Assembly (NCBI GenBank): GCA_030390025.1
Contig: CM059432.1
Span: forward strand, 113,090,001-113,154,000
DNA: 64,000 nucleotides
Reading direction: 5' to 3'
Origin: Squalus acanthias
Lineage: Eukaryota
Shown here in pieces: positions 11,605-22,963 of the stretch. A program made the position numbers and the translations under genes. The notes under the pieces were generated by a model. It was given only the letters and a program-made list of their open reading frames with translations. It had not been told where the DNA came from and made no database searches. Every line of letters starts with the position of its first letter. Within the stretch, counting starts at the first letter, position 1.

Positions 11605-11709
11605 TAATTAACCTGATGAAGGGTCCCAGACCTGAAACGTTAACTGTTTCTCTCTCCACGGGTGCTGCCTGGCCTGCTGAGTTTTTCCAGCGTTTTCTGT
11701 TGTTATTTT
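11605..11709 (+). mobile_element. Penelope-like mini-insertion (family 1) in 3' LTR
   Basis: 13-bp TSD ATAATTAAACGCA at 11592-11604 and 11710-11722. Absent from the 5' LTR. Homologous to ~1452-1550. Confidence 0.88.
11613..11645 (+). ncRNA. Minimal hammerhead ribozyme motif
   Basis: CTGATGA-a-GGGTC-cca-GACCT-GAAAC-GTT-aact: catalytic core, stem II and palindromic ACGT stem III. Penelope pLTRs are known to carry such motifs. The 5' stem I strand is truncated. Confidence 0.6.
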
Positions 11710-13361
11710 ATAATTAAACGCAGAGTGTGCTGGGAAGCTTGACTTAAAAACTGTTAAAATGCTGAAAAACAAAATAATAACATGTCTAAATGGACACGGC
11801 ATGTTGATTTTTGTGGCTTTCGAGCATAAAAGAAGCTCGCTTCTTGCTGTAAAATTAGAAATCCTCTTGACCCTTGGTGGAACAGAGATTTCTCCCTGTG
11901 CACTTGAATAAATCGATCGTTGTACCGTACCAAAGTCTCCGCTGAGTCCTTTTAACCACAACACACCCTCTCTGTTTTCCTCAGTTTACTGGATATAGAC
12001 TCTTCCTACTGCAGTATGTGTGTTGAGGAAGTGCATTGTCATGTAAACCCAAAACACAAACAACAAGAAGAGTGGAGAGTTCTTTCCCTTAGCAACGTCA
12101 GATGGCACTAAATCAACTGATGCAATGGTCAATAAGTTGACAAAATATACCTCCATGATGTTATTATAGTGAAACCTGCCTGAAAAGGACACCTGTACAG
12201 AGAGGCTGCACCTGTCTTTAGTGACCAATTAACATCAGTCCAAATAGCAACGAGCAAACTTTTTCAACTTTGAAAATGAACAGACTTTTTTCATTAAGCT
12301 TTTCCAAAAATGATGAGTAAACTTGCAATGATGAGTACATGAAGGGTAACTCATTGTAAAAGCACGGTAACAAGTATTGAAGGGCAGTTACACACATACC
12401 CTGCAGGCATTATAGCATTACAGTGCTTTCACCTTCAGTGAAATTAACTCCAGATTTTTAATTTCACAGTGAATTATGCTTAATACTATTCACATATACT
12501 TATTATGTGGTCCCTTTTAAAATAAATGTATTACAAAACATTACTTCATTTTACCCTCTGCATTGAAATCTTTTCTGATCAATGCAAAAATTATGCCTGA
12601 TTTCGGACTGCCTATTCAGGGTCTGCAGTATGAGACTGGATCATAGCCACTTTTCATCTTTATTAACGGCAGGTTCTTTGAAGCCGCATTCCTGAAACGA
12701 GACTGACAGCTATTTTCACTAACCAGAATTACATTTAGTTTTTACATTCTATGTATGTGAAATAACAGTGTTGGGCCAGTAAAGAATGATGTCCCTACGT
12801 GTGGTCTGAAAACAATGGTGGAGATTGCTGCGTCTTTGATATAAATAGATTACACAGTGACATCCAGCGTTCCTAACAGGAAGCAGCACTCCTAGGGAGT
12901 GGATGCCAGGAGCTTGTCTATGATTTGCCAAACAGGAAATCACAGGCTCCTTGTCCACAATTTCCCCAGGTAAACTTCCTGAAACTTACCCCAGTGCGAG
13001 TACCAAATCACCCCTTTATATCACAAAGAGCGGTAAGATACAAGAAATGTGCTCATGGTCCAGGCCCACAGAATAACCCACAAGTGACCTGAATTATCCT
13101 GCTGATTTCACCTGGATGGATCATATCTCATTACTGGCCATGACAAATTTTTCATTAACAAATGGGATGTAATTGAAAGCTAATCGTAAGACAGATTCAG
13201 CACCATTTGATGAAATCAGATAATGCTAATTCTTCACTGTCATTTTGTTCTCCAGTATCCTCTCCTCATGTCCTGAAGGGATGGTCCATGGATGCTGGCG
13301 GCCCTCAGGTACCTCAGCCAAGCAAGCATTCTTCATGTGTGAGTTTAGGCAGTAAGTGATT

Positions 13362-13652
13362 TTTTAAAAATTCGTTTCTGGGATGTGGGCGTCGCTGGCA
13401 AGGCCAGCATTTATTGCCCATCCCTAATTGACCTGGAGGATGTTAGTGAACCAGATGGGTTTTTACAACAATCTGATAGTTTCATGGTCACCATTACTGA
13501 CACTAGTTTTTTTATTCCAGATTTATTTAATTAATTGAATTTAAGTTCTTCAGCTGCCGTGGTGGGATTATGAACTCATGTCTCTTGGATCATTGGTCCA
13601 GGACCGATGGATTACTAGTCCAGTAACATAACCACTATGCTATCATACCCGA
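13362..13652 (-). mobile_element. tRNA-headed SINE sharing head and tail with LINE 46880-50570
   Basis: Minus strand: A-box-like TAGCATAGTGG, B-box-like GTTCATAATCC, body matching ~46900-47065, then tail ...GGGATGGGCAATAAATGCTGGCCTTGCCAGCGACGCCCACATC matching the LINE 3' end. Confidence 0.7.
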
Positions 13653-14049
13653 TGACAAGCTATTCAACTATGAAGCTTCACAACTGATCCCCTTCCTGGT
13701 GTCACCCAATGTCCACTTACCTGCACTTCCCAGTCACTGGATAGTGAGTCGCAGTAGGACGTCTCATTGATTTTGCCCACATTAGCCCAGGGTGCTGAAG
13801 CTGGTAAGTGGCCTTACTGAGATCAGCTAACTAAGTGCAGATGGGACGTTCCTGCTCTGTATGACTCAGTTACAAACTACCCTTACCACCTAAGCCATAG
13901 GAGAATCCTTCTTCATTATGATTGACAATCACATAGCGCATTCCTTAAATTCAAAAAATATCTGGTTCCTATTTAACTTGTGTAGAGATGTATTACTGCA
14001 GACTTCAGACAGTCAGCAATTCAGACTCGTACCTGGGTAAGGACACTAT

Positions 14050-14204
14050 GTGCGTGAAATTGGTCTTCGGTGGTAGCACAAATTGGGTGATAACAAATCA
14101 GCAGCCCATTTTACTTCAATGGAAAATAAAATCGAGCGGGGTGAAAATGGGTGACAATTTACTATCGTTTGTTTTTCCCTATTGCTGAAGACCAATTTCA
14201 GCTA
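14050..14204. mobile_element. Small palindromic MITE-like element
   Basis: Inverted ends GAAATTGGTCTTC / GAAGACCAATTTC with further imperfect internal symmetry. Confidence 0.5.
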
Positions 14205-14384
14205 ACATACCAGGCAGTGCAACAGAGCAATTCAGGTATAGAAGGTATTTATTACAAAAAAAATCAATAAAATCTAGTGCCTGGTTTTAGGACAAAGACA
14301 TAATTGGAGACAAACCCCAGTTGTGTCCACCATCATTTTCCAAACATTTTAAAATATATAAAATTGGAAGAACTCAAATATATT

Positions 14385-14625
14385 GGTCCTTCTTGGCAAA
14401 AGAACCAGAGGTGAGATGAGGAGAATTTTTTTTGCGCAGTGAGTTATTATGACCTGAAAGGATGGTGGAAGCAGATTCAATAGTAGCTTTCAAAAGGGAA
14501 TTGGATAAATACTTGAAGGGAAAAATTTGCAGGGCTATGGGGAAAGAGCAGGGGAGTGGGACTAATGGGATAGCTCTTTCACAGAGCCGAATGGCCTCAT
14601 TCTGTGCTGTTTCATTCTATGATTA
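14385..14625 (+). mobile_element. CR1 LINE 3' end
   Basis: Typical CR1 tail ending ATTCTATGAT; similar to 21600-21813. Confidence 0.7.
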
Positions 14626-14654
14626 TGCTGTTCTGTAATTTAGTGTAGTAACGG

Positions 14655-15185
14655 TGTCAGCTGTGGCTCAGTCGTAGCACAATCGCCTAGTTTGGAATTC
14701 TGGTATGAAAGGAATATATTCCCATTCCTTGTTTTTTTCCTCCAAAATGTATTTCCTCAACCTTAGAAAGTTGTGGGTTCAAGTTCCACTCCAGAGACTT
14801 GAGCACATAATCCATGCTGACATTCCAGTGCAGTATTGAGGGAGTGCTGCACTGTCGGAGGTGCCATCTTTCAGATGAGATGTTAAACCAAGGTCCCGTC
14901 TGCCCTCTCAAATGGATGTAAAAGATCGCACAATACTATTTGAAGAAGAGCAAAGGAGTTCTTCCAGTGATCGGGCCAATATTTATCCCTCAACCAACAC
15001 TTAAAACAGATTATTTGGTCATTTATTTCATTGCTGTTTGTGGGAGCTTGCTGTGCGCAAATTGGCTGCCATGTTTCCTACATTACAACAGTGACTACAC
15101 TTCAAAAAGTACTTCATTGGCTGTAAAGTACTTTGGGACGTCCGGTGGTCGCGAAAGGCGCTACAGAAATGCAAGTCTTTCTTTC
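14655..15185 (+). mobile_element. DeuSINE (SacSINE1-like), with ~75 bp insert at ~14690-14765
   Basis: tRNA head TGGCTCAGT...GGTTCAAGT plus Deu domain TGCACTGTCGGAGGTGCC...GATGAGATGTTAAACC. Four copies in the window. Confidence 0.8.
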
Positions 15186-15889
15186 TTTTTAAATTGGAAA
15201 TGGGTGATGATAACTATTGTGTAATCCCAATTCAAATGAAGCAGCCATCAGAGTGTTGAGCCCTGTTGAATTGAACTGGCATGCTGAATACTACCAAGAC
15301 TTAATGGGGCAATAAATGTACCACCTACACAAAGATAGGCCCCTTCAGCTTCTTTCTTCTCGGTAAAGCTCCTAAAGTTTCTGCAATTTTCTATCAAATG
15401 ACAAGCTTTGTTATCCTTTGGGCCCTGCTTCATTAATATGTTCATACCAAAAGTGGCTTGGCTTGTTGCAGTTAAAAGATAGAAATTACTTTCTTCACAA
15501 TAACTGTCTTTTTGAATGACATAAGATCATGACATGAAGAAATGTCAAAATTTCCCGTTCCGTCGCACACTTTAAAGGAGATATCAGTCAGAGTAAGCAA
15601 GGATGGATCTGCAATTACATCACAACAATAAGAGCCACATGAATCTGTGAAATATCTGCATCGATAGAGTTGAACCAAAAATTGAAAGTTAAGATATGTT
15701 ACAGAGCTAGAAAGTTTGGCATAATGTATAAAGGGTTAAGATTATAAAATAGGATGACTGCAGGCAGAATGATTGGAATTGGTGTTAAAATGCTTTTATT
15801 AGTGAAGTCTGAATTGATTTGTGCAGAAACGAGTTTCTCTAATTTATAAGAATAATTTATTAAAAATAAATAAGGTCTCAATCAGCCGT

Positions 15890-16312
15890 GTGTGAGCCGT
15901 GTCTCAGTTGGTAGCACTCTCTCACTTCCGAGTCAGAAGGTTGTGGGTTCAATCCCACTCCAGGGTCTTGAGCACAAAAATCTCAGCTGACACTCCAGTG
16001 CAGTGCTGAGGGAGTGCTGCACTGTCGGAGGTGTCATCTTTCGAATGAGATGTTAAATCAAGGCCCCATCTGCCCTCTCAGATGGATGTAAAAGATCAAC
16101 AACACTAATTCAAATAGGAGCAGGGAAATTCTCCCTGGTGTCCTGGCCAATATTTATCCTTCAACCAACATCAATAAAATAGATGATCTGGTTATTATCA
16201 CATTCCTACATTACAACAGGGACTGCACTTCAAAAGTACTTCATTGGCTGTAAAGCACTTTGGGACATCCTGCAGTTGTGAAAGGCGCTATATAAATGCA
16301 AGTCTATCTTTC
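15890..16312 (+). mobile_element. DeuSINE (SacSINE1-like)
   Basis: Same head, Deu domain and tail as 14655-15185. Confidence 0.8.
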
Positions 16313-17946
16313 TGTAAAAGGGCTCAAATAAAATGATGTAAAGGCCAGCTGGTCCATCAAGCCTGCCCTATACTGTTATGGTGTAACTTCTACACATCAT
16401 TACCCCGATCTGCCACACAATCTAGTGGGAGAACCAAAAAAAAGAGAATAAAACCTCAGGCCAATTTAGGAAAAAACTGTGGGAAACTTCTCTCTGAGTC
16501 CCAAAGGCTTGAGGAAATTGGGTGACACATCCCCCAGTAACCCACCTACCTTCTGTATGTGGATATGTCGGTCACTCTCAGGATCCCGTCCAGCTCTCTT
16601 TAGAATGCTTGCTGCAAATCTTCACTCACTGCATGTGCCATTTCTTCCAGAGGTTGACAGCTCTCTGTGTAAATAATTACTTCCTGACATCTAACCTTGT
16701 CCTATGCTTATGTAACTGATACTTATGTGCCTTGGTCCTCCCCAACCTATCTAGCTCAAATGGCCTATCCACATGGACCAAATCAAATCCTTTCATTATT
16801 TAAAGACTTCTCCTCAAAGTCTACATTTTCTAAAGTTAAAAGCCCAACCTCTCTCAGCCGAATGTGGTAACTAAGAGTCTTTAAATCAGGTATAAATCTA
16901 GTGGCCCTCCTCCGAACCTTTTCCAGGGCCTTTATATCACCCACCATAGGAGGAGACTAAAATTGGACACAGTATCCTAGATGTAGTCTGACTAAGGCCT
17001 ATTACCGAGAAAGGGCAGCACTTCTTGTTTTAGATTTAATTGTCCTGGCAATACATCCTAACACCCTATTCATTTTTACAATGGCCTTGCAGGCACTGAC
17101 CATGGACCTTCAATGACTCATACACTAGAACACCCAGGTCCTTCTCCTGCTCAGGAAACCTAAACACACAGCCCTGCAAGGTGTACACATGCTTGGACTT
17201 GCCCCTACCCAATTGCATCGTGCGACATTTTTCTATGCCTTTATCCAGATCATTGATAAAGATATTCGCTTTTTGAACGAGAGATGCCTTCGATGTTAAG
17301 TTGGCATATTCGGATGGCTGGGCCTACATGTAGTTTTCTTTGGGCCTGGAGAGGACTGTTCGATTTGCTTGGTTTGCTACTGTCACCGGGAGGTCGATTT
17401 AATGACAAGTTCAGTGTCCTTTGAGACGAGATTAGTTGTGATCTAAGATCACGTAACAGGGTGGGTCACGAGAAGGCTGTCATCATCCACCCCATGCTTG
17501 CAAACATCGCACCACCACACCTACGCCAGAAGGAGCGGACCTTAGCAGTAGCAGATCGAGAGCTGAGTGGGGATAAAGAGCGCGGTGAGAGCGGAGCAAC
17601 TCAAGACAGGCAGAATTTGAAAGAGTGACGTCAGAGTAAAAAACCTAAAGTGACGTCAGCACAAGGGAAGGAGCTGATTGGTGAGTAGCTGGTAAGTGTT
17701 TTTTTTTAAGTTTTAAGTTTATTTCTGCTAAGTTCTGCTAAAGAGTGCGGTCGGAGAGGGGCTCTTCAAGTTAGGGGCCGGGGTTACATAGCTGGTTAGG
17801 GATAAAGCAGGAGCTTGGAGATTAGTAACGGTTAATACTGTATTAAATTAGTAACTGTTAATAATATATTATATTAATAACTTGAATTAGATACATCTTA
17901 GTCTTAAGTTTCTGTAAAGTTAGTTAATAGTCGAATAAATAAAGGC

Positions 17947-18894
17947 ATGGCAGGGCAGCTCAGTCCCGCGGAATGCACATCTTGTGCCATGTGGGAACTC
18001 CAAGACACTTCCCGTCCTGGACAACCACGTGTGCAGGAAGTGTCGTCAGCTGGAGGAGCTCGAGCTCCGGGTTTTGGAGCTTGAGCAGCCGCTGGCATCA
18101 CTGCAGTGCATCCGTGAGGCTGAGAGCTACATGGATAGCACGTTTCAGGAGATGGTCACCCCGCAGCTAAGGAGTGCGCAGGCGGAGAGGGAATGGGTAA
18201 CCGCCAGACAGAAGAGGAGGACCAGGCAGGTAGTACAGGAGTCCCCAGAGTGCATCTCGCTCTCCAACCAGTATTCTGTTCTGAGTACTGGTGAGAGTGA
18301 TGGTTCCTCTAGGGAGTACAGCCAGAGCCAAGTCCACAGCACCATGGGTGGCTCAGCTGTACAGGGGGGAGGAGGAAGATAGGGAAAGCAATAGTGGTAG
18401 GGGATTCGATAGTTAGGGGAGCAGACAGGCGTTTCTGTGACCGCAGATGTGACTCCAGGATGGTATGTTGCCTCCCTGGTGCCAGGGTCAAGGATGTCAC
18501 CGAGCGGCTGCAGAACATTCTGCGGTGGGAGGGTGAACAGCCAGAGGTAATGGTCCATATCGGTACCAACGACATAGGTAGAAAGAGGGATGAGGTCCTC
18601 CAGGCAGATTTCAGGGAGCTAGGAAAGAGGTTAAAAAGCAAGACCTCAAAGGTAGTAATCTCCGGATTACTCCTGGTGCCACGCGCGAGTGAGTATAGAA
18701 ATAGGAGGATAGAGCAGATGAATGCATGGCTGGAGAGATGGTGCAGGAGGGAGGGCTTCAGATTCATGGGACATTGGGACCGATTCTGGGGGAGGTGGGA
18801 CTTGTCCAGGCTGGATGGGTTGCACCTCAACAGAGCTGGTACCAATATCCTCACGGGGAGGTTTGCTAGTGCTGTTGGGGAGGGTTTAAACTAA
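17947..18894 (+). pseudogene. CR1 ORF1 (Cys zinc motif, coiled coil, SGNH esterase)
   Basis: ECTSC...CRKC, LEELELRVLELE, VVGDSIVRG, HIGTND, DGLH. Frameshifted. Confidence 0.85.
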
Positions 18895-19039
18895 GTTGGC
18901 AGGGGGATGAGCACCAGGATGTAGCATTAGAAAGGAGAAACACTGGGCACAAAGGATTGGGAGAGACGGATAGCACTAGAGTAAGAAATAGTAAGGTATT
19001 AGGTGGGGTCAGACTAAGAGAGAACACAGGATGGTCTAA

Positions 19040-21700
19040 GATAGGTTTACAGTGTATGTATGTGAACGCACAAAGCATAGTAAACTAGGTTGGTGAGCTG
19101 CAGGCGCAAATAGCCACATGGGAATAGATGTTGTGGCAATAACAGAGACCTGGCTCAAAAAGGGCAGGATTGGTTATTAAATATTCCTGGATATAAGGCG
19201 TTCAGGAAAGATAGGGAAGGAAAGATAGTGTGGTGTGGCAGTATTGGTTAAGGAGAATATTACAGTGCTGGAGAGAGAGGATGTCCTGGAGGGGTCAAGG
19301 ACAGAATCTATATGGTTAGAGTTAAGAAATAATAGAGGTGCCATTACACTACTAGGTGTATTCTATAGGCCACCAAATAGTGGGAAAAATATGGAGGAGC
19401 AAATTTGCAGAGAAATTACTGAGAGATGCAAGAACTATAGAGTAGTGATAATGGGGGACTTCAACTATCCTAATATAGACTGGGATAGTTATCATGTAAA
19501 GGGCAGAGAGGGGGGAAGAATTTCTGAAGTGTGTTCAGGAGAACTTTCTTGGTCAGTACGTTTCCAGCCCAACGAGGAAAGAGGCATTGCTGGATCTGGT
19601 TCTGGTGAATGAGGTAGGTCAAGTGGAGCAAGTGTCAGTAGGTGAACATTTAGGGAACAGTGATCATAGTATCATAAGGTTTAGAGTAACTATGGAAAAG
19701 GACAGGAAGCAATCTAGAGTAAAAATACTCAATCGGAGGAAGGCCAATTTCAGTGGGATAAGAATGGATCTGGCCCAGGTAAATTGGAATCAAAGATTGG
19801 CAGGCAAAACTGTAATGGAACAATGGGCTGCCTTTAAAGAGGAAATAGTTTGGGTACAGTCAAGGTACATTCCCACTAGGGGGAAAGGTATGGCAACGAA
19901 AGAGATAGAGAGTAAGCTGAAGCAGAAAAAGAGCGAGTATGATAGATGTCAGGTTGACAATACATCTGAGAATCAGGCTAAATATAGAAAGTTCAGAGGA
20001 GAAATGAAAAAGAAAATAAGAGGGGAAAAGAGAGGGTATGAGAATAGAATGGCAGCTAACATAAAAGGTAATCCAAAAGTCTTCTATAGGCATATAAATA
20101 GTAAACGGGTAGTAAGAGGAGGGGTGGGGCCGATTAGGGAGCAAAAAGGAGACCTATGCATGGAGGTTCCTCTCGGGAGTACAGCCAGAGCCAAGTTCAT
20201 GGCACCACGGGTGGCTCAGCTGTACAGGGGAGAGGAGGTGCTAAATGAATACTTTGCATCTGTCTTCACCAAGGAAGAAGATGCTGCCATAGATATAGTG
20301 AAGTAAGAGGTAGAGGAGATACTGGATTGGATAAAAATTGATAAAGAGGAGGTACGAGAAAGGCTGGCTGTACTTAAAGTAGATAAGTCACCAGGACCGG
20401 ATGGGATGCATCCTAGGATGCTGAGGGAAGTGAAGGAAGAAATTGCGGAGGTACTGGCCATAATCTTCCAATCCTCCTTAGAAATGGGGGTAGTGCCAGA
20501 GGACTGGAGAATTGCAAAGGTTACACCCTTGTTCAAAAAAGGGTGTAAAGATAAACCCAGCAACTATAGGCTGGTCAGTTTAACCTTGGTCGTGGGGAAG
20601 CTTTTAGAAACAATAATCAGGGACAAAATTAACAGTCACTTGGACAAGTGTGGATTAATTAAGGAAAGCCAGCAAGGATTTGTTAAAGGCAAATCGTGTT
20701 TAACCAACTTGATCGAGGTTTTTGATGAGGTAACAGCGAGGTTGATGAGGGTAATGCCGTTGATGTGGTGTGCATGGATTTCCAAAAGGTATTCGACAAA
20801 GTGCCACATAATAGTCTTGCCAGCAAAGTTGAAGCCCGTGGAATAAAAGGGACAGTGGCAACATGGATATGAAATTGGCTAAGTGACAGGAAACAGAGAG
20901 TAGTGGTGAACGGTTGTTTTTCGGACTGGAGGAAGGTATACAGTGGTGTTCCCCAAGGGTCGGTTCTAGGACCACTGCTTTTCTTGATATATATGACTTG
21001 GATGTGGGTGTACAGGGCACAATTTGAAAATTTGCAGATGACACAAAACTTGGAAGTATAGTGAACAGTGAGGAGGATAGTGATAGACTTCAAGAGGACA
21101 TAGACAGGCTGGTGGAATGGGCGGACACGTGGCAGATGAAATTTAATGAAGAAAAGTGCGAAGTGATACATTTTGGTAGAAAGAATGAAGAGAAGAAATA
21201 TAAACTAAAGGGTACAATCCTGGGGGTATAAGTGCACAAATCTTTGAAGGTGGCAGGGCAGGTTGAGAAAGCAGTTAAAAACGCTTACAGGATCCTGGGC
21301 TTCATGAATAGAGGCATAGAGTACAAAAACGTGGAAATTATGATGAACCTGTATAAAACACTGGTTCAGCCTCAACTGGAGTACTGTGTCCAATTCTGGG
21401 CACCGCACTTTAGGAAGGATGTGAAGGCCTGAGAGAGGGTGCAGAAAAGATTTACGAGAATGGTTCCAGGGATGAGGAACTTCAGTTACGTGGATAGACT
21501 GGAGAAGCTGGGGTTGCTCTCCTTAGAGCAGAGAAGTTTGAGAGGAGATTTGATAGAGGTATTCAAAATCATGATGGGTCTAGACAGAGTAAATAGAGAG
21601 AAGCTGTTCCCATTGGCAGAAGGGTCAAGAACCAGACTCAATCACTGCTTTCAAAAGGGAGTTAGATAAGTACCTGAAGGAAAAAAAATTGCAGGGCTAA
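19040..21700 (+). pseudogene. CR1 ORF2 (APE endonuclease + RT)
   Basis: [52 protein letters not shown]. Many stops and frameshifts. Confidence 0.9.
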
Positions 21701-22526
21701 GGGGAAAGGGCGGGGGAGTGGGACTAGCTGATGTGCTCTTGCAGAGAGCCGGCCATGGACTCGATGGGCCGAATGGCCTTCTTCCATGCTGTAACCATTC
21801 TATGATTCTATGATACGTCGCGAATATGCAGTCTCCAGAGAATACAACCGCTACACCAGCAAAGACATGCCGATCCAGGCCGACTTGAACAACCTACCAC
21901 CAACCCGTCTCAAATCTAGAAGGCCAGTTTGGACCATTGCAGAAGCCCTTCAGTGATCTCCCCTCAGCCTTGATGACCGATGGCGAAATGCTTGGAAGAA
22001 TTGCGACATACGGAATGGATTCCTTATAGAGGACCCCACAGTACAACCTGAAGGATCAAACCTTCCGCACAAACAGTGGACAACCATCAACTGCCTCAGA
22101 ACTGTTCATGGTAGATGCTACCACCTTCTTCATAGATGGAAGATTAAAGCATCCCCATCATGCGACTGTGGAGCTCCTGATCAGACCCTGGAGCACATCA
22201 TTAAGCACTGCCCTCAGAGGAAGTTCACAGGCAACCTACAAGATATCCATGCTGTTACACCGGAAGCTTTGGCCTGGATATCTGACTTAGATATTGACAT
22301 TTGATTTGCTTTGCTAATACCATACGAAAGAAGAAGAATGATAAAGATGGTGAAGAATAATAGTCCTAAAACTAGTGACCACCCCCCCACACAGAACTTG
22401 GTCTACTAGAAAGCAACTAGTTCCTTATCCAAATCCAAATCAGACTGTCAATAAGGTGTTAACCTTAATTAGTGGCTTTTTTTAATGGCACCTTGTTAAA
22501 GGCTTTTTGCAAAATTCAGATACACA

Positions 22527-22963
22527 AAGGAAGAATTACATATACCTGAGGACATCCCAAAGCAGTTTACAGCCAAGTACTTTTTAAAGTGTAATCACTG
22601 TTGTAATGTAGCAGCCAATCTGCACACAACAAGCTCCCACAGAAAGCAATGTGATAATGACCAGATAATCTGTTTTTAGTGATGTTGATTGAGGGATAAA
22701 TATTGGCCAGGACACCAGGGAGAACTCCCCTGCTCTTCTTCAAAATAGTACCACAGGATCTTTTAAGTCCACCTGAGAAAGCAGATGGGGCCTCAGTTTA
22801 ACATCTCATCCGAAAGACGGCACCTCCGACAATGCAGCACTCCCTCAGTACTGCACTGGAGGGTCAGCTCAGATTTTTGTGCTCAAGTCTCTTGGAGTGG
22901 GACTATGAACCCACAACCTTCTGACTCAGAGGCGAGAGTGCTACCAACTGAGCCACGGCTGAC
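22527..22963 (-). mobile_element. DeuSINE (SacSINE1-like)
   Basis: Reverse complement of the family at 14655, 15890 and 27894. Confidence 0.8.

Larger units (their letters stand above)
3165..11963 (+). mobile_element. Endogenous retrovirus provirus, decayed (lokiretrovirus-like)
   Basis: Paired TG...CA LTRs, PBS, gag/pro/pol/env remnants and PPT in canonical order. TSD is degenerate (GACCC vs CACCC). Confidence 0.9.
11570..11963 (+). repeat. 3' LTR with Penelope insertion
   Basis: Direct repeat of 3165-3437, TG...CA. Confidence 0.9.
17528..21813 (+). mobile_element. Near full-length CR1 LINE (decayed)
   Basis: ORF1 and ORF2 remnants, (ATTCTATG)n tail, TSD TACGCC/TACGTC at 17522-27 and 21814-19. 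Confidence 0.92.
17264..22338 (+). mobile_element. Vingi/Ingi-like LINE derivative with 5' inversion (split by CR1 17528-21813)
   Basis: 10-bp TSD TGATAAAGAT at 17254-63 and 22339-48. 3' part encodes LANIAPPHLR|R...CDCGAPDQTLEHIIKHCP...WISDLDIDI* with a (GAA)n tail. 17264-~17467 minus encodes an APE start IRICQLNIEGIS. Confidence 0.7.
16335..22526 (-). mobile_element. Old degraded CR1 fragment (16335-17263 and 22349-~22526) hosting nested insertions
   Basis: Minus-strand RT remnants (...ATCAATGATCTGGAT = INDLD; YCVQF-like) continue across the TSD TGATAAAGAT. Confidence 0.55.

Noticed and set aside
11964..13360. Host exons in unique stretches (also 45430-46850 and 62495-62821)
   Set aside because: Only short ORFs without recognisable domains or convincing paired splice sites; small exons cannot be excluded by eye.
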